DNA of 62,753 nt, counting the filler, from Nemertoderma westbladi (taxonomy: Eukaryota > Animalia > Xenacoelomorpha), in assembly GCA_032718475.1 (NCBI GenBank). It is 4 parts of 4 records of this genome, joined end to end, with 100 filler letters (N's around TTAATTAATTAA, not from the genome) between each part and the next. Parts side by side here need not be neighbours in the genome. Positions count along the whole stretch, not along the records: positions 1 to 20,512 come from JAUCBJ010001554.1; positions 20,613 to 40,319 come from JAUCBJ010000350.1; 2 more parts are not named here. One strand, written 5' to 3'. Below, piece by piece: positions 10,756 through 21,390 of the stretch (within the stretch, counting starts at the first letter, position 1; every line of letters starts with the position of its first letter). The notes under the pieces were generated by a model that worked only from the letters and a program-made list of their open reading frames with translations, ran no database searches and was not told the DNA's origin. Made by a program: the position numbers and the translations under genes.

Positions 10756-12548
10756 CTACTATAGTAATAGTACTATAGTAATTGCCATATTTAATTTATT
10801 TTATTTATTTTATTTAATTGCCTACTTTAACCCTTTGCATACTGATTCAAAAATAAAGTGTCCTGCGAGAATCCTTATATTTTCACAGGTGTTATTTTCG
10901 AACTAAGTAAAATCTATATATAATACTTTAGTGCATGAAGCTATGGTAGACCAAAAGGAACATATTATTTTGATAAATTTTTTAATAAATAATTTTGATA
11001 AATTAATTCATTAACATAATTCATAATTAAACTAGAATAGAAATCGTATAATAAACAAATTATATGCAATTATATTATATCTAGTTTGCAATGTACTGTA
11101 TGTGGCAATTACAAAGTGTTGTAGGCCTACCACGTTATTTGTTTTTATAATTATAGGCCTCGTGTAATATATTGTAGTAAAATAACTCATTTTTTGGCAT
11201 AAACCGTCAACTTTGAGGTTGATGTGCGGGGGTATAGCATTACTAAAATCATAACATGCTATATTTAAATTGTTATTTACGCTATAGGGAATATTTAAAA
11301 AAATGAGACAAGTGAATTATTTCATATAAAAAAAAATTTTAATTAATTTTTTTTTTCAAAAAGACAAATTATAAAATGGTTTGGTGCGAGGGTCAAATGA
11401 CACCAGCAGGTATTCATTTTTGTTTTAAATAGCCTTAATATGAATTCCACAAAATATTAGTAATAAGACACGATGAATTTCAAAAAAAAATTTTTTTTGA
11501 CCCGCCCTAGTATTCATGCCACAGGGACAATCAGAGAAGTGCGGAATGGGAAATGCCCTCTAATCGATTCACGGGAAATGAAACGAAAAGATCGCGGTTC
11601 ATATAACTACAGGTTTGTTCCTAGTGCATAAATAAATCTGAATAATAACTGGCTATCTACCGGTATATGCCTACAGTTGTATATAATAATTTATGTAATT
11701 ATTACCCTACTGGTACCGTGTAAATATAATAAATATATATATAGGCCTAACTAATAAATTTAGGCCTATTCCTGTAATATGTATATGTATAATAATTGTC
11801 TAACAATATATTTATGTATATATAAATTATATAGCTGTTATTATAGTTATATTATAGTGATTAAATCTGAACAATTTTATAAATTATTTTTTCATATTGC
11901 CCCTTTAGTGGCCAAGTTCCCATTTTGTTCCCATACCATATCTCGGCTATACCTTGATGAAATTTTCTAAAACTTATTTTCAGATCTAATTTCATTATAA
12001 TACAACAACCTATCATGGAAAAAACAAATTTTATCGCTCAGTCTCAGAGCGGCCTCTAGAAGGTTAATAACAATTTTATTATAATTTAACTGATTAAAAA
12101 TAAATAAATTAATTATACGTAATGTTTTCATACAAGTATTAATACTTGTAGCACTAAAAATAATATATCGGATTTGAATAAATTGTAATTATATTCGCTA
12201 CTTCTGTTAAAAGTTAACAGATTAGAGTTTCCTACAACCTGGTTACGATTGGTAACTTAAACTTTAATTAATAACTTAACATTTCAATAACCTCAAAACA
12301 ATAGATGATAAAGTGCCACTGTCAATGACACTATTGTAATTTATTTTATTGTTTGACATTGCTTAATTAACTTATTGCTTTAAAGTTAATCACAGTGTTG
12401 GAAGGTGGGCAGTAGGAGCGCAAGGTACTCAAAATAAATATATTATACAATTATTAATTGTAATTAAACCACCACATATATTCAATGTATATGTACTACA
12501 AAACATATACTACAATAGCTACAATATTACACAAACGTAGCAACAGTA

Positions 12549-13126
12549 CTAAATACTCATCGGCGGAGGGGGTGGAGGCTGAGTATGTTTAAAGTTTTTC
12601 ATATGTTCCATACTAAAAGACATACACCAAGTGCCATACATGCACTCGGGACGGTTGTCCACGTCGCCTGATTCGGAACAGTTATCCACCACTTCTTCGG
12701 ATTCAGATCGATTCTCAACCAACGCCTCCTGTTCATCCTCCTCCGACTCAGGGCAGAACAAAGTCTCATCCCTCTCATCACTGTTGATGGAATAAAAGAA
12801 AATATCCTTGTCACTCTCCAATCAGTACGTAAAATTGTAAAGGTATGGGTTGGTGGTGGTAATAAAGATATTTTATCTTTATTCTTGAGTTCTTTCCAAC
12901 AGTTTCTCTCCAAGACGTGGAATGCTTCTTCCCCATTTTTTTGAAAAAAAGTAGCGTTCTCGCTTATGGGTTTGACCCATAACCTCCCATTGCTACTTAA
13001 GTTAATAACTGCATGTTTACGAGAAACTGTAAGATCTCTAATTTGCAACCATGGGAGCCTACCAATGTTAGTATCCCCCAGCGCGATAGGAATAGCCAGT
13101 TCTTCTTCGCGATAAAGTTTAAACAT
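12549..13126 (-). pseudogene. APLF: miniature intronless APLF-like protein (PNKP/APTX/APLF-type FHA + acidic tract + one PBZ finger), 1-bp frameshift at about 12821
   Basis: IGRLPWLQIRDLTVSRKHA..LWVKP..DKISLLP (FHA); RPECMYGTWCMSFSMEHMKNFKH has the C-x5-C-x6-H-x5-H PBZ spacing; one extra T joins the two ORFs into 192 aa. Confidence 0.8.
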
Positions 13127-14515
13127 TATTATTAAATATGAAGTAAATTAAGTAATAGATTCGTAAAAAAAGAACAGAAAGGAACGTGTTCACAACTATT
13201 TTGTTAATTTTTACTTATTATTTTATTACTCTTATTAAAAATATCTTTTAATTGTTGGTACGGTCTGTTGTTGTAAAGCTAAAATTCTACTTTTTTAAGA
13301 TCTTTGATAGTAAATTAAACATTTACTAACCATTGTGGGGCGAGCGACGAAAGTAAGCGACCTTAGCCCCTTACAGTACAAACAATAGGCTTGGGTGGGA
13401 AACCCGTGGTACTAGCATAATACCTGTGTGGGTCTGGGAAGGGTAGGTTCCGGTTGTTGGACACACTCCCCCTTGGGAGTGTAAATGATTTACACTCCCA
13501 TATCTTAAGGCACGAGCCAGTAGACACCCTGTGAACGTCGGGAAAGGTAGGCGACTCCTAAACAATCCATCGGTTGTCGGTAAAAAAAAATTGTGTTAAA
13601 AATGAATAAGATAATGATGGGTACTGCTGACCCGGAGTATGGTTTTAAAATCGGGAGTTGATAGTCCCTCTACCAATTCGCCGTGAGTCAGTATACTAGA
13701 TGAGTTTCCGCTGACCCCACAGACGATTGACATCAACACCCAACTGGGTGTTGATATCGTGAAACGGTTTAAGCCCCGTAATGCGCTGTCCAGTGCCATC
13801 CACTCTCGGATATAGGCGATGGTATCACACCATAAAGGATTCATGATACGAAAAATAATGTAAATAAATTAATTAAAAAACATATTGTGCTCGTTGTGCC
13901 ACGCACACACACTGATACACTCGTATGTACTTTGGGTGACCCATGCACCACTTATTGGTGATGGGGCACACCCATTGACACCACATCGCTATGCTCTCTG
14001 ACGTTTTTTACGATCCTTTGGGCACCCATTTAAATATTTATAATCTCTCCGAACGCGCTATCGATTACTTTCTCCAGGTCCGGCTCTATGGCACAGTGGG
14101 CCCCCAGGTATGGGATCGACCCCCTGCATCCTGGCCAACCCAGGGTGCTACCCATCCGCCCAGCTGCGCTCCAACCAACTACTCTGTGTCATTCGTTAAC
14201 TTTCAACCTGCAATTCTCATTCCTGTCTCAATCACTGCACATGGTGCTGTCGCATTCGAAACAACCTCAAACTATTGTGAATCAAATGAAATGAATGAAT
14301 GGAAATATTGCATCAGGCATTGCAAGCTGGTGCTTGTAAATATGTATTAATGTGACGTATAGTCTCGGTACTCTCGTAAGGTGCAGTCAAGTGACTCTCG
14401 TAAAATCCCGTAAAGTGCAGTCTGTACTCTCGTAATGTGCAGTCCTACTCGATTCATCGTCTTTTATGGTTATTAATGTCCTCAACTTTCTGGTCCTCCA
14501 CCTCCCTGTGGTATT

Positions 14516-15238
14516 TTACCACGTGTTCGAGGTAATAGGTCCTGGAGCAGCGGTCCAGGAACCATTCGAGATGTCCCAGGTGTCCTGCCACCACTCGTCT
14601 AGCCTGTCCTGCATCTTCTGTACACCTATTATCAAGGTGACGTGCATGATATGGGTATATTGCACGGTCTCCTCGCGCCTCAATATCGTGAGTACAAAAT
14701 CTGGTTTCATGTGGAAGAACCCCATGGCAATCCCCTGCATGAGGAGGCGACGCCAGGTCTCCACTCCCATGTTGGCGTTGCACTCAAATCGCTCCAGGTG
14801 CCCCCTCGGCTCCCTCTGGTCAGAATTGCTGTTCCGGTGTCCCTGGAAGCCGCACTGTCCGCACAGTCGGTGCAGTACCTGGCAGACCGTCAGGAGGTGA
14901 CCTCGTTTGCCGCAATACGAGCACGGATCCCCAAGAAGCTTGCCTGGAGGGCCAAACGTACACCTGTCCTGGATATGACTCAGGGCTCCACAGGTATAAC
15001 AGGCCTGCAGCTGGAAGTCGTATCCAGCATTGTCCTTGATCGGTCTTCGTTTCACGTAGTAAATGTGTTTTCTCTCTCTCGCCACGTTCGCTGCACCCTG
15101 ATCCTTTGCAAGTTCGGCCATCTTGTGCAGGGTCTCCGTCTGCAGCAGCTGTTCCAGAATGGTGGGTTCTTCCCAGCGATCCACCTGTCTCCTGACGGGG
15201 GACCGCGTTTCACTCTGTTCCGCTATTACTTCAGATAA
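14516..15238 (-). CDS. triple zinc-knuckle protein, paralogue of 7482-8450
   Basis: CYTCGALSHIQDRC, CSYCGKRGHLLTVC-QVLHRL-CGQCGFQGH, downstream GFF motif as in the 7.5-kb copy; frame open from 15238, no ATG before the knuckles until well inside. Confidence 0.7.
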   Translation of the reverse strand, partial: LSEVIAEQSETRSPVRRQVDRWEEPTILEQLLQTETLHKMAELAKDQGAANVARERKHIYYVKRRPIKDNAGYDFQLQACYTCGALSHIQDRCTFGPPGKLLGDPCSYCGKRGHLLTVCQVLHRLCGQCGFQGHRNSNSDQREPRGHLERFECNANMGVETWRRLLMQGIAMGFFHMKPDFVLTILRREETVQYTHIMHVTLIIGVQKMQDRLDEWWQDTWDISNGSWTAAPGPITSNTW

Positions 15239-15289
15239 TCAGATAAGAATAAATAATAAATAATTTACATCGATTAAATTGTGACTATC

Positions 15290-16093
15290 TCAATCAATTC
15301 GTATAAAATGAAGCGTCAATATTGAATTTCCATAATGAAAGCGCAACAAATTTCCCGAATCCCCAATCAACCGAACTCGTATATAACGTAAATTAGATGT
15401 TGAATGAACTTTTTTATAGTAGACTTCCTCAACTTCTCGACTAATAATTTGCCCATATTCCCCTTCTATGGGTATGCCACGCAACAGAGGGTATTCGCTA
15501 TTGTCTACAAATTGAGGTTCGACGCAATTGATATGTATATTTATGTTGGGTTCCAGTATTTCGACAGCATTAGGATGCTTATGGCAGTTGTACTTATTAT
15601 TTCGTGAATCAATCCTTAGCAAGTGATAATCCCCTACAGCATTTTGTATACACATAAAACCTTTGCCGTCAACCTCGTGTTCTGTTAATCCTAGGTAACC
15701 ACCCAAACGTTTACTGACAAATATCGACAACTGTTTACCTTTAAAATGTATGGTTATATTACCGGAGCGTGCTCTATTATCAATTATATTAATTTGGCCT
15801 TTAATAAGGCTTTTGTTGAAGTACTCAATGATCCTTTCCAATGATAGGAAAGATCCTTCGGGGAGAGTAACATCTCTTGTAAACATTTTTTTATTTTTTA
15901 TGGCCTTTATATAAATGTCGCTATTGTTATACCTGATACTAGATACGTACGTTATACCGGTTAAACCTACTAACCACTGCCCTCTAGCGAAAGGTAAAGG
16001 AATTTGCAAATTTGTTTGGAAATCGCTGGCGCTATTACGCGGGAATTCTATGGGGTTTGCGTTTGAGGGTAGTACAACGTAATAACTGTTCAT
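15290..16093 (-). CDS. Polinton minor capsid/penton-like protein, copy 2
   Basis: YYVVLPSNAN..FPRNSASDF..L..PL..WLVGL..I.Y at the N-terminus; VEPQFVD..YPLLR..YYKKV..I.V.L.GDSG..F..G.SILTLHF at the C-terminus. Confidence 0.85.
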   Translation of the reverse strand: MNSYYVVLPSNANPIEFPRNSASDFQTNLQIPLPFARGQWLVGLTGITYVSSIRYNNSDIYIKAIKNKKMFTRDVTLPEGSFLSLERIIEYFNKSLIKGQINIIDNRARSGNITIHFKGKQLSIFVSKRLGGYLGLTEHEVDGKGFMCIQNAVGDYHLLRIDSRNNKYNCHKHPNAVEILEPNINIHINCVEPQFVDNSEYPLLRGIPIEGEYGQIISREVEEVYYKKVHSTSNLRYIRVRLIGDSGNLLRFHYGNSILTLHFIRID

Positions 16094-16974
16094 TCTTGTA
16101 GTTTTTGTCGCCGTTGTTGTTTTTTGAGTTCTAGAACTAAAATTGTTTTACCTCCATGAAAGACTATATGCTTTCCTTTATGGTCGCGAAGCGTTATACT
16201 AATTGTATCGAGCACTTTTTTATTTTTTAATTGTTTGTAATGTGTGTTTTTGAATTCCTGGTTGATGAATGAGTATGGTTCCCATTTCAAGGGGATTATC
16301 CGCAAAAGAGGCGCCATCGAATGTCCTACGTGAGAAGATTCAATCATATCTGTATATATAAACATTGTGTGTCTATCCCTCGTTATATCGCAAGGTTCGG
16401 GGAATTCAACCCCATCCATTTTGTTTGTGTCTTTACAGCCTAAGTTCAATAAATCATCATCTCCGTTGTAGTGTATTGCCCAAAGCGCCCCAAGACCCAT
16501 TAAATTATTTTTTAAACTCGATAACCCGAAAATATTTATTATATCTCCATAGAATTGGAAATAGCGACCTTTCTTACAATGTAGATGAATTTTTGATGTA
16601 TGTTTTTGGTAGTTAAACTTAACATCTTTGAAACCGTGGTGGGATATTGTGGGATTTTTCAAATAAACACTAATATGGTTTAAAATTGACTCAATAGAAG
16701 CATATAGCCCAAGATTAAAATCGATTTCTATAAGATTGTATGGAGCTATATGAAATTCCAAATCCTCATCATACATATATTCCCCAATTCTAATTCCGGA
16801 TCTTTGTTCAATATTTCTATAGGTCGACACATACTGTATTTCCTTTAGACCCACGACCCAATCTGTGCTGACGGGGATAGGTTTGGACAACTCAATCGTG
16901 AAATCGCTGGGAGTGTTATCGGGATATTTATCTAGACTGGCGTCGGAAGTCAACGTTAAATGTAAGTAATCCAT
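16090..16974 (-). CDS. Polinton minor capsid/penton-like protein, copy 1
   Basis: LTLTSDAS..YPDNTPSDF.IEL..PI..WVVGL.EIQY; MFIYTDMIESSHVG..APLLR..F.N.HY..TISITLRD..G..I.F.GGKTILVL. Confidence 0.88.
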   Translation of the reverse strand: MDYLHLTLTSDASLDKYPDNTPSDFTIELSKPIPVSTDWVVGLKEIQYVSTYRNIEQRSGIRIGEYMYDEDLEFHIAPYNLIEIDFNLGLYASIESILNHISVYLKNPTISHHGFKDVKFNYQKHTSKIHLHCKKGRYFQFYGDIINIFGLSSLKNNLMGLGALWAIHYNGDDDLLNLGCKDTNKMDGVEFPEPCDITRDRHTMFIYTDMIESSHVGHSMAPLLRIIPLKWEPYSFINQEFKNTHYKQLKNKKVLDTISITLRDHKGKHIVFHGGKTILVLELKKQQRRQKLQE

Positions 16975-16988
16975 AATAATATAATTAA

Positions 16989-18107
16989 TTATTGTACGTG
17001 ATCAACCCACCGATGTGTCGCAAAACCAACAAATTTAACCAAATATTGCTTTTTGCCGCTTTTATTTACTTTTTCTTTAATTATTTTTTCAATTGGTAGG
17101 AATTTAAATGGTTCTATTACCTTTTGGATTTCATGTCGATAAAATGTCCCCTTTATAACGCGCCCATTCGAGTCCACAACTTCGTACATAGGGTACGGCT
17201 CTCGATCCAATTCTTCCAATCCTTTCTCTTCCAATCTCGATCCAATCCTTCTGTAAATTTCAAAAATTTCTACTGTATAATTAGGTGTATAACCTTTGTC
17301 AAATGGCTTTCTAGCTAAACTCAGCCGCACCTTATCACCAACCTTGAAATGAACTCGACGCTGCGCGCAGCGTTTTCTTTTATTGGGATGACCCACACTC
17401 CCATATAGTTTTAAAAATAGGTCAGTTTCATTCTTTTTATTGACAGAGTTTGGCGCCATACCAATGGTTCTATGTATTGAATTATTATATGCAACCAATA
17501 TTTTTGGCAATATACTCATCCATTCTCTATTCTGTCTCCTCGTGAAAATTCTGTACATGCGAGATTTGAGGGTGCGATTCAGCCTTTCACAGATACTAGC
17601 TTTAAATTGGCTAACTAATGTATAAAAATGAACATTATTGTTCTGTAAGAAATCTTTCACCAATTTATTAACAAACTCAGTTCCTTGATCAACCGCTAGC
17701 CGTTTAGGTTTCCTTTCTTCGAATATCGTGGCTAGGGCCCTTTTAATTTCGACCCCTGTTTTATGTTTTAGACCCAACGCCCATGCCTTCCGACTAAAAC
17801 AGTCAATACAAGTAAGTATATAACCGTAGCCATTATTCTCACCCCTAAAAGGTTGCATATCACACAAATCCGCTTGGTATAGATTGCCAATACCACCCGT
17901 GAAGATTTTTGATGTCGGGTAATGGCGCCTAGCCGGCGCGTGTAGGGAATACGTTCGTTGGGAGCTCAACCATTCCTTTGTGCGATTTCTCGTAACTTTA
18001 GCGGCTTTCGCTAGTTTGGTTACGCTCGCGAAACCGGCAGCATTTGAAACATCGTAATATATTCTTCCCAGTCGTTTGTTTGTTCGATTTTCTACGGTTC
18101 TCCCCAT
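16989..18107 (-). CDS. Polinton retroviral-type (rve) integrase with C-terminal chromodomain-like tail
   Basis: YQADLCDM, IDCFSR, VDQGTEF, ICERLNRTLK (D-D-E intact), HRTIGMAP, FKVGDKVR, KGYTPNYT, IEKII..YLVKFVGF. Confidence 0.95.
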   Translation of the reverse strand: MGRTVENRTNKRLGRIYYDVSNAAGFASVTKLAKAAKVTRNRTKEWLSSQRTYSLHAPARRHYPTSKIFTGGIGNLYQADLCDMQPFRGENNGYGYILTCIDCFSRKAWALGLKHKTGVEIKRALATIFEERKPKRLAVDQGTEFVNKLVKDFLQNNNVHFYTLVSQFKASICERLNRTLKSRMYRIFTRRQNREWMSILPKILVAYNNSIHRTIGMAPNSVNKKNETDLFLKLYGSVGHPNKRKRCAQRRVHFKVGDKVRLSLARKPFDKGYTPNYTVEIFEIYRRIGSRLEEKGLEELDREPYPMYEVVDSNGRVIKGTFYRHEIQKVIEPFKFLPIEKIIKEKVNKSGKKQYLVKFVGFATHRWVDHVQ

Positions 18108-18383
18108 CGGTTGTGTCGTGTCGCGGTAGAAAACACTTACAATGACACAGTTAATACTTAATATGAAACGTTCAAAAAAACATGCTACTATTTTAATGTT
18201 GTCCTACGTTTTGTTTCCGCACGTCGATTTATTGTAGTCCTACGTATTGTTTCCACGCATCGACGCGTTTTGCGTTGGAGGGGGTCACACGGACCCTTTG
18301 CCGTTTCAACCAACCGCGACCAATTAATCGTTTTGGTATCCTTAATCGTTTTAATAACCCCAAAAATGTTGTTTGTCCTGGAA

Positions 18384-18689
18384 TTATTTCGGTGTTTTTC
18401 TTATTTTTTTTGTAGTCAGCAATTCAATCAAATGATCAATATTCGCTCCGGGTATAAGTTTATTTTCTATATAGAGTTTATTATTATCACTCCACGGTAC
18501 TCTGTCTCGCGAGAATCGCATCAAATAACTCAACAATAGTTTGGCTTTCTGGGATGAAATTGTCACACCATCTAGCGGTTGTATTATATTATTGCTTTTC
18601 TTATTATTATTATTATAAGTATCCGTTAATAAAGTAGAAACTAGATACAACTTCTTAAAATTTCCAAGGCTAATCTCGTTATTTTTCAT
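18384..18689 (-). CDS. conserved Polinton hypothetical protein, probably shortened
   Basis: KKLYLV N-terminus and KAKLLL..W.D..L.I....IPGANI..L motif, as I recall from Polinton ORFs upstream of integrase. Confidence 0.6.
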   Translation of the reverse strand: MKNNEISLGNFKKLYLVSTLLTDTYNNNNKKSNNIIQPLDGVTISSQKAKLLLSYLMRFSRDRVPWSDNNKLYIENKLIPGANIDHLIELLTTKKIRKTPK

Positions 18690-18810
18690 CGTTATATATC
18701 ATTATTAATATATTAATACTATATACTAGAGTTCACGTTCATGGACCGATAATAACCTAATTTTGGTGAAAGTCTAAACAAGGTGTGAAAATGGTTTTCG
18801 CGCGGCGTCG

Positions 18811-19404
18811 CTACTGCGGTATAGACTGAGCCTCAGGGCGTTGGCGAGGTGTGTTAGAGTTCATGTTCGTGGGTTGATAAACAGTTTGCCCTAATGGGTT
18901 GAAAATATCACCCCTAACTCTTATACTATCATCCGTTTTTTGATGAAAGTCTAAGAGAAGGTGTGTGAATGGTTTTTGTGTGGCGTCACTATATGCTTGA
19001 ACAATAAAATTGCTATTTTTTGGGTACACTTGTCGCGCTATATAACTTATTTGACTTGCGTCGCGGGGATTTTTTGTGAAAATACAATATTGGGCATTTA
19101 GACTTCTAGTCCGTGTTTCCGCCCCTTTACTGAAGAAATTTTGTGTTATATAGATAATGAAACAGGAAGTATAATGGCAGGTTTTTGTGAAGATACCTGG
19201 GAATTCTGGTGGGGTGGCGCCATAAAAGAATAATACACGCTTCGGGGTTATATCAAAAACTAAATTTTTATTTTTTACAATTTTTGATACCAGCACTGTT
19301 TTTCCGGAAGAACTTGGACCCGCAATAATCATGGCCGAACCCATCTTGAAAGAGGCGTCGTATGATGTGATTGGTTCCTGCGATATTGTAGGCTCTCGGG
19401 ACAT
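18811..19404 (-). CDS. A32/FtsK-like DNA packaging ATPase with in-frame internal deletion
   Basis: Walker A GPSSSGKT; IIYITQNFF, SLNAQY.IFTKNPRD.SQI..IARQVYP, AYSDAT, LLLD; no hhhhDD Walker B. Confidence 0.9.
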   Translation of the reverse strand: MSREPTISQEPITSYDASFKMGSAMIIAGPSSSGKTVLVSKIVKNKNLVFDITPKRVLFFYGATPPEFPGIFTKTCHYTSCFIIYITQNFFSKGAETRTRSLNAQYCIFTKNPRDASQISYIARQVYPKNSNFIVQAYSDATQKPFTHLLLDFHQKTDDSIRVRGDIFNPLGQTVYQPTNMNSNTPRQRPEAQSIPQ

Positions 19405-19421
19405 TGTTGATAGGTAGCCAC

Positions 19422-19886
19422 TCAGTAGATGGGAAATCTAGAAACTTGACGGTTGACGCGTGTACCAGAGGTACTAGGTCTATACCCCCGGCGGGATTGG
19501 GCTAATTTTCTGCCTCTTACAGCCGTTATTATGGGTGATATTTTCTGATAAGCGTTAAGCCCACTCATTAAACCAGAGATTAGTAGATTTATAAATCCGC
19601 CCCTTTGCACCAATCGTTTACGATAAATTCGAATGGGATACTTGGCTGCTTTTGGCTTTTTAGCGATCTCGCGTATTGTTTTTTTATGGCGTTGTAACCT
19701 CACGATTGTTTGCTCAGGAATTTTTACGTTACCATTTAATACATTTAGAATAATATTAATTAGAAAACTTATAAGTTCGTCGGTTCCACCGACGCGTAAG
19801 AAGGTTTTTCTACGGTTAAGGGAGGCGTTAGATAAGAACTTTAAATCCCCGTCAAATTGTTTAATTAAAGCTTTGAGTGATTTCAT
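19422..19886 (-). CDS. basic Polinton core protein with adenovirus pX-like GGF motif
   Basis: NVLNGNV.I..L..HKK.IR.IA..LVQRGGFINLLISGL; Lys/Arg-rich. Confidence 0.75.
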   Translation of the reverse strand: MKSLKALIKQFDGDLKFLSNASLNRRKTFLRVGGTDELISFLINIILNVLNGNVKIPEQTIVRLQRHKKTIREIAKKPKAAKYPIRIYRKRLVQRGGFINLLISGLMSGLNAYQKISPIITAVRGRKLAQSRRGYRPSTSGTRVNRQVSRFPIY

Positions 19887-20512
19887 TACATATATTAATA
19901 ACTTATATAAACGAGAACAATAATTGTAAGTAATAAAACACCACCACCGTTATAAATAGTATCGATTATATGCGTGGGTGGGGTTTTTCACGCGATAAAA
20001 CCGAGCAATTATAGAAACCGGCACTCTTTAAAACCTAACATCAATAATTAATAAAATACATTATATAACGCGAACAATGATTTAATTTTGACATACTGAC
20101 TGACAGAAAGACCGACAAATAGAGAGATAGACTAGATTTATGTAAATATAAACCGACATCAGAAATGAAATTGACGCCCTCAACAACCTAAGACTACCGA
20201 TAAAACATGTTATATATAATGTGATAATGTGAATAATGTTAATATCCGCGTTTATTTAAAAACCTAACGAGATCCCACCGGACAAACCTAAAACTGGCAC
20301 CAGAAATGAAAAAATTAAATATTAAATATTTCTACCTAAATGACTATCTAAATTACCAATAAAATTCAAAAACTTTGGAAAAAATACTCTAAATATCCTG
20401 GGTCTTGCCATACACACAACATTTCGTGTGTAAAAAACGCAAAATGTTATGATATTAGAACTAGTTTTACCCCGACGATAAAAAAATTAATTAAAATGAA
20501 AAAATTAAGTGG

Positions 20513-20612
20513 NNNNNNNNNNNNNNNNNNNNNNNNNNNNNNNNNNNNNNNNNNNNTTAATTAATTAANNNNNNNNNNNNNNNNNNNNNNNNNNNNNNNN
20601 NNNNNNNNNNNN
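20513..20612. other. artificial contig linker
   Basis: 44 N + TTAATTAATTAA (stops in six frames) + 44 N. Confidence 0.99.
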
Positions 20613-20697
20613 ACAGGTGGCACCTCCTTTATGCTGCATGGAGGTGACAAGTTTTCTTGATCAATGACCTAGAATACTTGACCTGACCACTCCCCAG

Positions 20698-20806
20698 GAG
20701 AAGTCAGATAAACAACCGAGTGCCTACGAACGGGAGAGGATTGAGCACGCTAAGAATATAATGGCCCCGTTCGTACTGCGGAAGTTAAAGAAGGACGTTA
20801 TGAAAC
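20698..20806 (+). pseudogene. SMARCAD1: SMARCAD1/Etl1-like SNF2 ATPase, upstream part of an interrupted exon
   Basis: After a ccccag acceptor: EKSDKQPSAYERERIEHAKNIMAPFVLRKLKKDVMK; joins 27740 to give MKQLPAK. Confidence 0.85.
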
Positions 20807-21109
20807 TGAACTGAACTGGGAAGTAGATAAAATGATTTTGATAGTGAGAGTATTCAAGCTGGGGAGTAGAACAATGGTACCCTTCCTTCTTATCTTCAGT
20901 AGCCCCTAAAAAACAATTAGTGTTGTTTTGGGCGAATGAGTGGTTTCAAATTATTATAACTTTTGTTGGCTTGTCCTGCCTAAACTAGTAGCTAGAGTGT
21001 TTAATTAATCATTGCGGCCGTGATGGTTGTAAAAGCTTCTGTGGGATATAACTGGTCCTTCGCTCCGCAATCCAGTTTTCCCCCCGTGCGCTCAAATACT
21101 CTAAAACCT

Positions 21110-21390
21110 ACTGTAAAAGCGTTTACGGATATAATCAGTTCCCTGGCCCGCAAAGTACCGTATAGGTGTTTTTAACGGACATAAAAGTGATTCTTCTGGA
21201 TGTGTACTTTAGCGGAGATAGCAAGGTACAAAAACCCGCAATACGGCATTTTCTCTATCACAATGTCGTGGGAAGGATTCAGATTACGACATCTCCCAGC
21301 TGACTGCTGACGTGGAAGGGGCCATCATTGGACACATGGTTTCTTTGTTCCGTCTAACAGCCAATCAGGGCGATTTTCATTTCTCTGTGG
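21110..21390 (-). mobile_element. dispersed non-coding repeat family, copy A
   Basis: Reverse complement aligns with 37745-38064 (GCCCTGATTGGCTG, TTCCACGTCAGCA, GTACTTTGCGGG, ACTGATTATATCCG). Confidence 0.8.

Larger units (their letters stand above)
15290..19886 (-). mobile_element. partial Polinton/Maverick (adintovirus-like) element
   Basis: Six co-oriented, intronless, tightly packed genes (gaps of 14 and 17 bp and a 4-bp overlap) including integrase, packaging ATPase and pentons; no PolB, major capsid, protease or TIR seen. Confidence 0.93.

Noticed and set aside
10827-12066. TTAACCC..GGTTAA as a piggyBac TIR pair
   Set aside because: Sequences inside the TTAA sites do not match each other; at most ends of different remnants
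19886-20806. SNF2 helicase as part of the Polinton
   Set aside because: Separated by an artificial linker; different contigs
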